Part shown: positions 53,583-56,674 of the stretch, piece after piece | How positions within the stretch are numbered: position 1 is the stretch's first letter | Layout: every line of letters begins with the position of its first letter | Source: a virus | Lineage: Duplodnaviria > Caudoviricetes | Length of the DNA: 56,674 bases | Strand: one strand, 5' to 3' | Virus record (IMG/VR): IMGVR_UViG_3300034072_002225 | Span: 1-56,674 of that record | Notes under the pieces: generated by a model | Told to the model about the DNA's origin: nothing | The model's database searches: none | Seen by the model: the letters and a program-made list of their open reading frames with translations, nothing else | Program-made: the position numbers and the translations under genes

Positions 53583-53954
53583 ATGAAGAACATCAACGCA
53601 GGTTCGGCCATGGTGATCGCGGATGACGTCCGTTCCACCCTGGCTTCGGTAGACAGTGCTCTGACGAGCGGCGCGCGTTTGCTGGGCGTGATGGTGGAAA
53701 CGGCGCACGCGTCGCGTATAACCGCGACGGAAAGCCAGCGTGTGTTGGAAAACGTCCTCGCCGGCCTTTCCAACGTGCTGAGGGGGCGCAGTGACATGGT
53801 GGAGGCTGTGAAGCGGATGACGGTGATCAAGAAGAACAGCAATCTGGAGACGGTGGACGTCGGCTGTGACAATCCGCTGCCCTCCAAGTCGAGCTTCTTC
53901 ACCAGCGCGCACGCCGCCGGCGAGCCCGTGCACGCGCAGGCCGGCGGAGCGTAG
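53583..53954 (+). CDS. Hypothetical helical protein (123 aa)
   Basis: GGGGAG RBS; long amphipathic helices then ETVDVGCDNP and a flexible tail. Confidence 0.8.
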   Translation: MKNINAGSAMVIADDVRSTLASVDSALTSGARLLGVMVETAHASRITATESQRVLENVLAGLSNVLRGRSDMVEAVKRMTVIKKNSNLETVDVGCDNPLPSKSSFFTSAHAAGEPVHAQAGGA

Positions 53955-54011
53955 GGGCCTGGCCTGCATCTCGCATCGCCTGGCGTTGCCGCCTGGGGAG
54001 AAAGCCAGGGG

Positions 54012-54503
54012 ATGCTGATCGTGTACATGTTCATTGCGCTGGCGGCCTTGTGTTGCGCCATCGCAGCGGTGAACGGGGGATGGGAAGGGCGGTGGGCCGG
54101 GGGACTCACCATGTTGACCATTCTTGCCGGGCGCGCGGCAGGCTCCATCGATCTGGAGCTGGCCACGTCGCCTGCCTTCAAGATCTGGCTCGACGGTGCG
54201 TTGCTGGTGGCGCTGATTGCCATCTGTATCCGTAGCCGGCGCTGGTGGCCGATCTGGCTGGTGGGCCTTCAGGGCAATGCGGTGCTTGCCCATGTCGCCG
54301 GCATCATGATCCCAACATACACCCCTTCGATCTATCGGGGGCTGGAGAGCTTTTGGGGCATCCCGTTGATGCTGGTGCTGGCGATCGGCCCATTGCTGGA
54401 CCGCGCGATGAACTTGGTTTCGGCCCAGGCGACCATGGGGGTGGGGGATCGAGATGAACGAGCTTCAGCGCATTGGCGCTCTGGCGAGGATGCTGGCGGA
54501 TGA
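54012..54503 (+). CDS. Multi-pass membrane protein
   Basis: About five hydrophobic helices; GGWEGR, LD, RRWWPIW..LQ..LAH. Confidence 0.8.
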   Translation: MLIVYMFIALAALCCAIAAVNGGWEGRWAGGLTMLTILAGRAAGSIDLELATSPAFKIWLDGALLVALIAICIRSRRWWPIWLVGLQGNAVLAHVAGIMIPTYTPSIYRGLESFWGIPLMLVLAIGPLLDRAMNLVSAQATMGVGDRDERASAHWRSGEDAGG

Positions 54504-54978
54504 ACTCCAGCGGGTGGGTGGTGCACACATAGGGGCATTGCCGGCGCAGGCGTTCGATCAGGATCTGCTGCCTGCCGGAACGCGCGCCGCGACGAGGCAG
54601 GAGCTGGCGGCAGCGGCGCGACGCTATTCGAAGCTACGACGGCGGCGAGAGCAGTATTTCCAGTCGGACATCTTTGCGGATCCCGCCTGGGACATCATGA
54701 TCGACCTGTTCGCCGCGGGGGTGGAGGGGCGGCAAGTCTCGATCAGCAGCGCCTGCATCGCGGCGGCTGTGCCACCCACCACGGCGTTACGCTGGCTTTC
54801 CCAGCTAGAGCGCGAACGGATGATCGAGCGCGTCTCCGACGCGAAGGATCGCCGCCGAACCTTTGTGCGACTGACGAAAGCTGCGGAGCAGGGCGTGGCG
54901 GGCTGGCTCGCCCTGATGCTGGAGACGTGGGAGGCGATTTTTCGGCTGGAGCATGTGCCTGTGTCGCGGGCTTCGTAA
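54454..54978 (+). CDS. MarR-like winged-helix protein
   Basis: RRRRE..F..DIFADPAWDIMIDL..VSISSACIAA.VP.TTALRW..D..DRRRTFV.LT. Confidence 0.85.
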   Translation: MNELQRIGALARMLADELQRVGGAHIGALPAQAFDQDLLPAGTRAATRQELAAAARRYSKLRRRREQYFQSDIFADPAWDIMIDLFAAGVEGRQVSISSACIAAAVPPTTALRWLSQLERERMIERVSDAKDRRRTFVRLTKAAEQGVAGWLALMLETWEAIFRLEHVPVSRAS

Positions 54979-55153
54979 ACCAATCTCACACATCAAGTGG
55001 AAACCCGAAAAGTTCAATACCTGCCGTTCTTTATGGGCGGTCTTTCGGCTGAACGAGAGGGGGAATCAGATTTGGTGATGTGCAGATTTTTGCTTCAGCA
55101 GGTCAGTGTGATCCCGCTTCTGAGGGCGGCAATTATTGATTGTGGGGCGCTCG

Positions 55154-56674
55154 ATGGCTGAGTGGCATGAAGTTGCGTTTCATATGCCTAAATTAGAAAC
55201 GCTTACTGAAATAGAGCTTGAGAATTTATTCTACACTCGAGACGGAATATGGTCAAGAACGACAAAAGAGGCGCAACAAAAATTCGAGGTCAAGAAGATT
55301 GATCTTAATGAGGTGTGGGCATCCTGCGCGCCCGATTGGGAGTGTCCCGGTTGCAATCGTTCCAAGACTGAGCTCTTTCGTGTCACTAAGAGTGAAGTTT
55401 TGCTCGCGCAATTGCATTCCCATCACGATCATTTGATGGATTATTTTCAGCATGCTTTATACGAAAAACTTGGGAAAGACTGGCAGAACGCGCTCCCCGA
55501 GGGGGTAAGGCACCTTGAGACGCTGGGGTCGCACCTTGTTGCTCGCTTTGAGCGCACGCGGGTTTGCATTGACTGTAATGCAGCGGACGGCACAGTGAAG
55601 TCGAGAAATCGTGATATTCCAAAGTATTTCAGTTTTCGGCCCAGTGAGATACGGCGGTTTGTGACGCCGACTCCAAACAAAGAACATTCTATCGATTTCG
55701 AACGGGCGAATGATATTTTCTGTCAAGTACGCGAGGATTTCGAACGGCGCTTTGTGTTATTGAAGAGCCTGGTTGCACTAGCGCTTGCAGGTGGAATGAC
55801 CAGGGAGCGAGGAAATTTGGCGGAGGTGGAGGATCCTCATTCTGTTCGCCATCTCCTGTACAGCCGCTTTGCGCGTGAGAGCCCGGTGTCCTCCGTCATT
55901 CACGACGAAATCCGTTGGTTCAACGCGTGCTCGATTTCACGCGACGGCACAGCTTCCAGGCCGAAAAAGAAGAAAGTTGCTGTGGCCCCAACTGAAGCGG
56001 AGGTCGCTGCTTACGACGGCGGAGGCGCGCTCGACCTTTGGAATGCTGCGCCAGCGGATTGGCGATGCCCCGCATGCTGGCGGGATCGCGGCGAGATATT
56101 GCGCCGGTCAAACAATCCGAGACGGTTATGGAGTGGGAGGCTGGTTCGTCACACCGAGTATATTCTCGCCACACCCACGAAAGATGAAAACAACAACGTC
56201 CTCTTCGATGAATCTGTTGATAGACATGAGTACCACCTGATCTGTCTCGACTGCTCGACGATTCTGACAGGGGTGAAGAGCCGCTTACCTGCCGTCGCGG
56301 CTTTGGAGCCGCTTTTTCAGCTCAGAGACATGGCCGCAGTTGCGACCGCCGCGCCGCATCTGCCGCATGAGGTCGATTGGGATGCTGCAACGGAGCGGGC
56401 GCGTGCCAGTCGGCCGTTCGTGAAGATGGTTGCATCGTACCAACGCCATCTCAATGACGCAGTGGCTTGTAGGGCGAAGTATCGGTCCTTTCTGTCTAGA
56501 AGCGGGGGGGATGAGGAGCGTGCTTGGGCTAGGTTGCGATTTGAATATGCAGATGAGATCAAAAAGGGCGGTTATGGCGACGACCTAATCGTTTGGTTGC
56601 TGAGTGAAGCGGACCGGATAGGGATTGACGAGCCGTATCGCCATAAGCCACGCGATGGGGCGGTCGCTCATTGA
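55154..56674 (+). CDS. Two-repeat Cys/His (HNH/His-Me-finger-like) protein
   Basis: DWECPGC.R.K..HSHHDH..CIDCNAADG and DWRCPAC.R..RH..CLDC; AT-richer than the phage. Start 55154 or 55184. Confidence 0.75.
   Translation: MAEWHEVAFHMPKLETLTEIELENLFYTRDGIWSRTTKEAQQKFEVKKIDLNEVWASCAPDWECPGCNRSKTELFRVTKSEVLLAQLHSHHDHLMDYFQHALYEKLGKDWQNALPEGVRHLETLGSHLVARFERTRVCIDCNAADGTVKSRNRDIPKYFSFRPSEIRRFVTPTPNKEHSIDFERANDIFCQVREDFERRFVLLKSLVALALAGGMTRERGNLAEVEDPHSVRHLLYSRFARESPVSSVIHDEIRWFNACSISRDGTASRPKKKKVAVAPTEAEVAAYDGGGALDLWNAAPADWRCPACWRDRGEILRRSNNPRRLWSGRLVRHTEYILATPTKDENNNVLFDESVDRHEYHLICLDCSTILTGVKSRLPAVAALEPLFQLRDMAAVATAAPHLPHEVDWDAATERARASRPFVKMVASYQRHLNDAVACRAKYRSFLSRSGGDEERAWARLRFEYADEIKKGGYGDDLIVWLLSEADRIGIDEPYRHKPRDGAVAH

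Larger units (their letters stand above)
48828..56674. mobile_element. Second element (P2/186-like prophage or remnant), right end outside the window
   Basis: Tyrosine integrase facing the tRNA end, Ogr/Delta, CII, Cro/CI, cargo; no attR seen. Confidence 0.7.

Noticed and set aside
53000-56674. attR of the second element
   Set aside because: No copy of the tRNA 3' end found by eye; boundary presumably beyond the window, so cargo membership is inferred.

Overview
High-GC alphaproteobacterial (sphingomonad-like) chromosome segment holding two mobile elements stacked at one tRNA-Met(CAT) 3' end. (1) An apparently complete ~48.8-kb lambda-like siphovirus prophage (31..48827), bounded by a 14-bp direct repeat CTCCTCCGCTACCA (31..44 and 48814..48827). 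It carries a large serine integrase, an early-left operon with a ParB-like protein, and a CI/Cro/CII switch with four operators. Replication genes are a phage beta-clamp, primase, GapR-like protein, D5 helicase and an iteron origin. Late genes are a cos site, lambda-type head, tail with a G/T frameshift, a lysis cassette and a putative head-spike pair. The accessory right arm has a LexA-boxed Zn protein, SHOCT protein, Rha and hicAB. (2) The left part of a second, P2/186-like element (48828 onward; right end not in the window): tyrosine integrase, DUF2312, Ogr/Delta, CII, Cro/CI, a LexA-boxed antisense ORF, a four-gene LuxR-TM/membrane cassette and a two-repeat Cys/His protein. Most striking: the att site lies inside the serine integrase gene, so the integrase C-terminus differs between prophage (..VAEE-GLEPPTRGL, read antisense off the tRNA) and excised circle (..VAEE-RYALRSPLRSFLA). 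Other leads are a nested antisense gene with its own promoter and RBS, and the uncharacterised LuxR-TM cassette. All product calls are by motif recognition only; no database searches were run.
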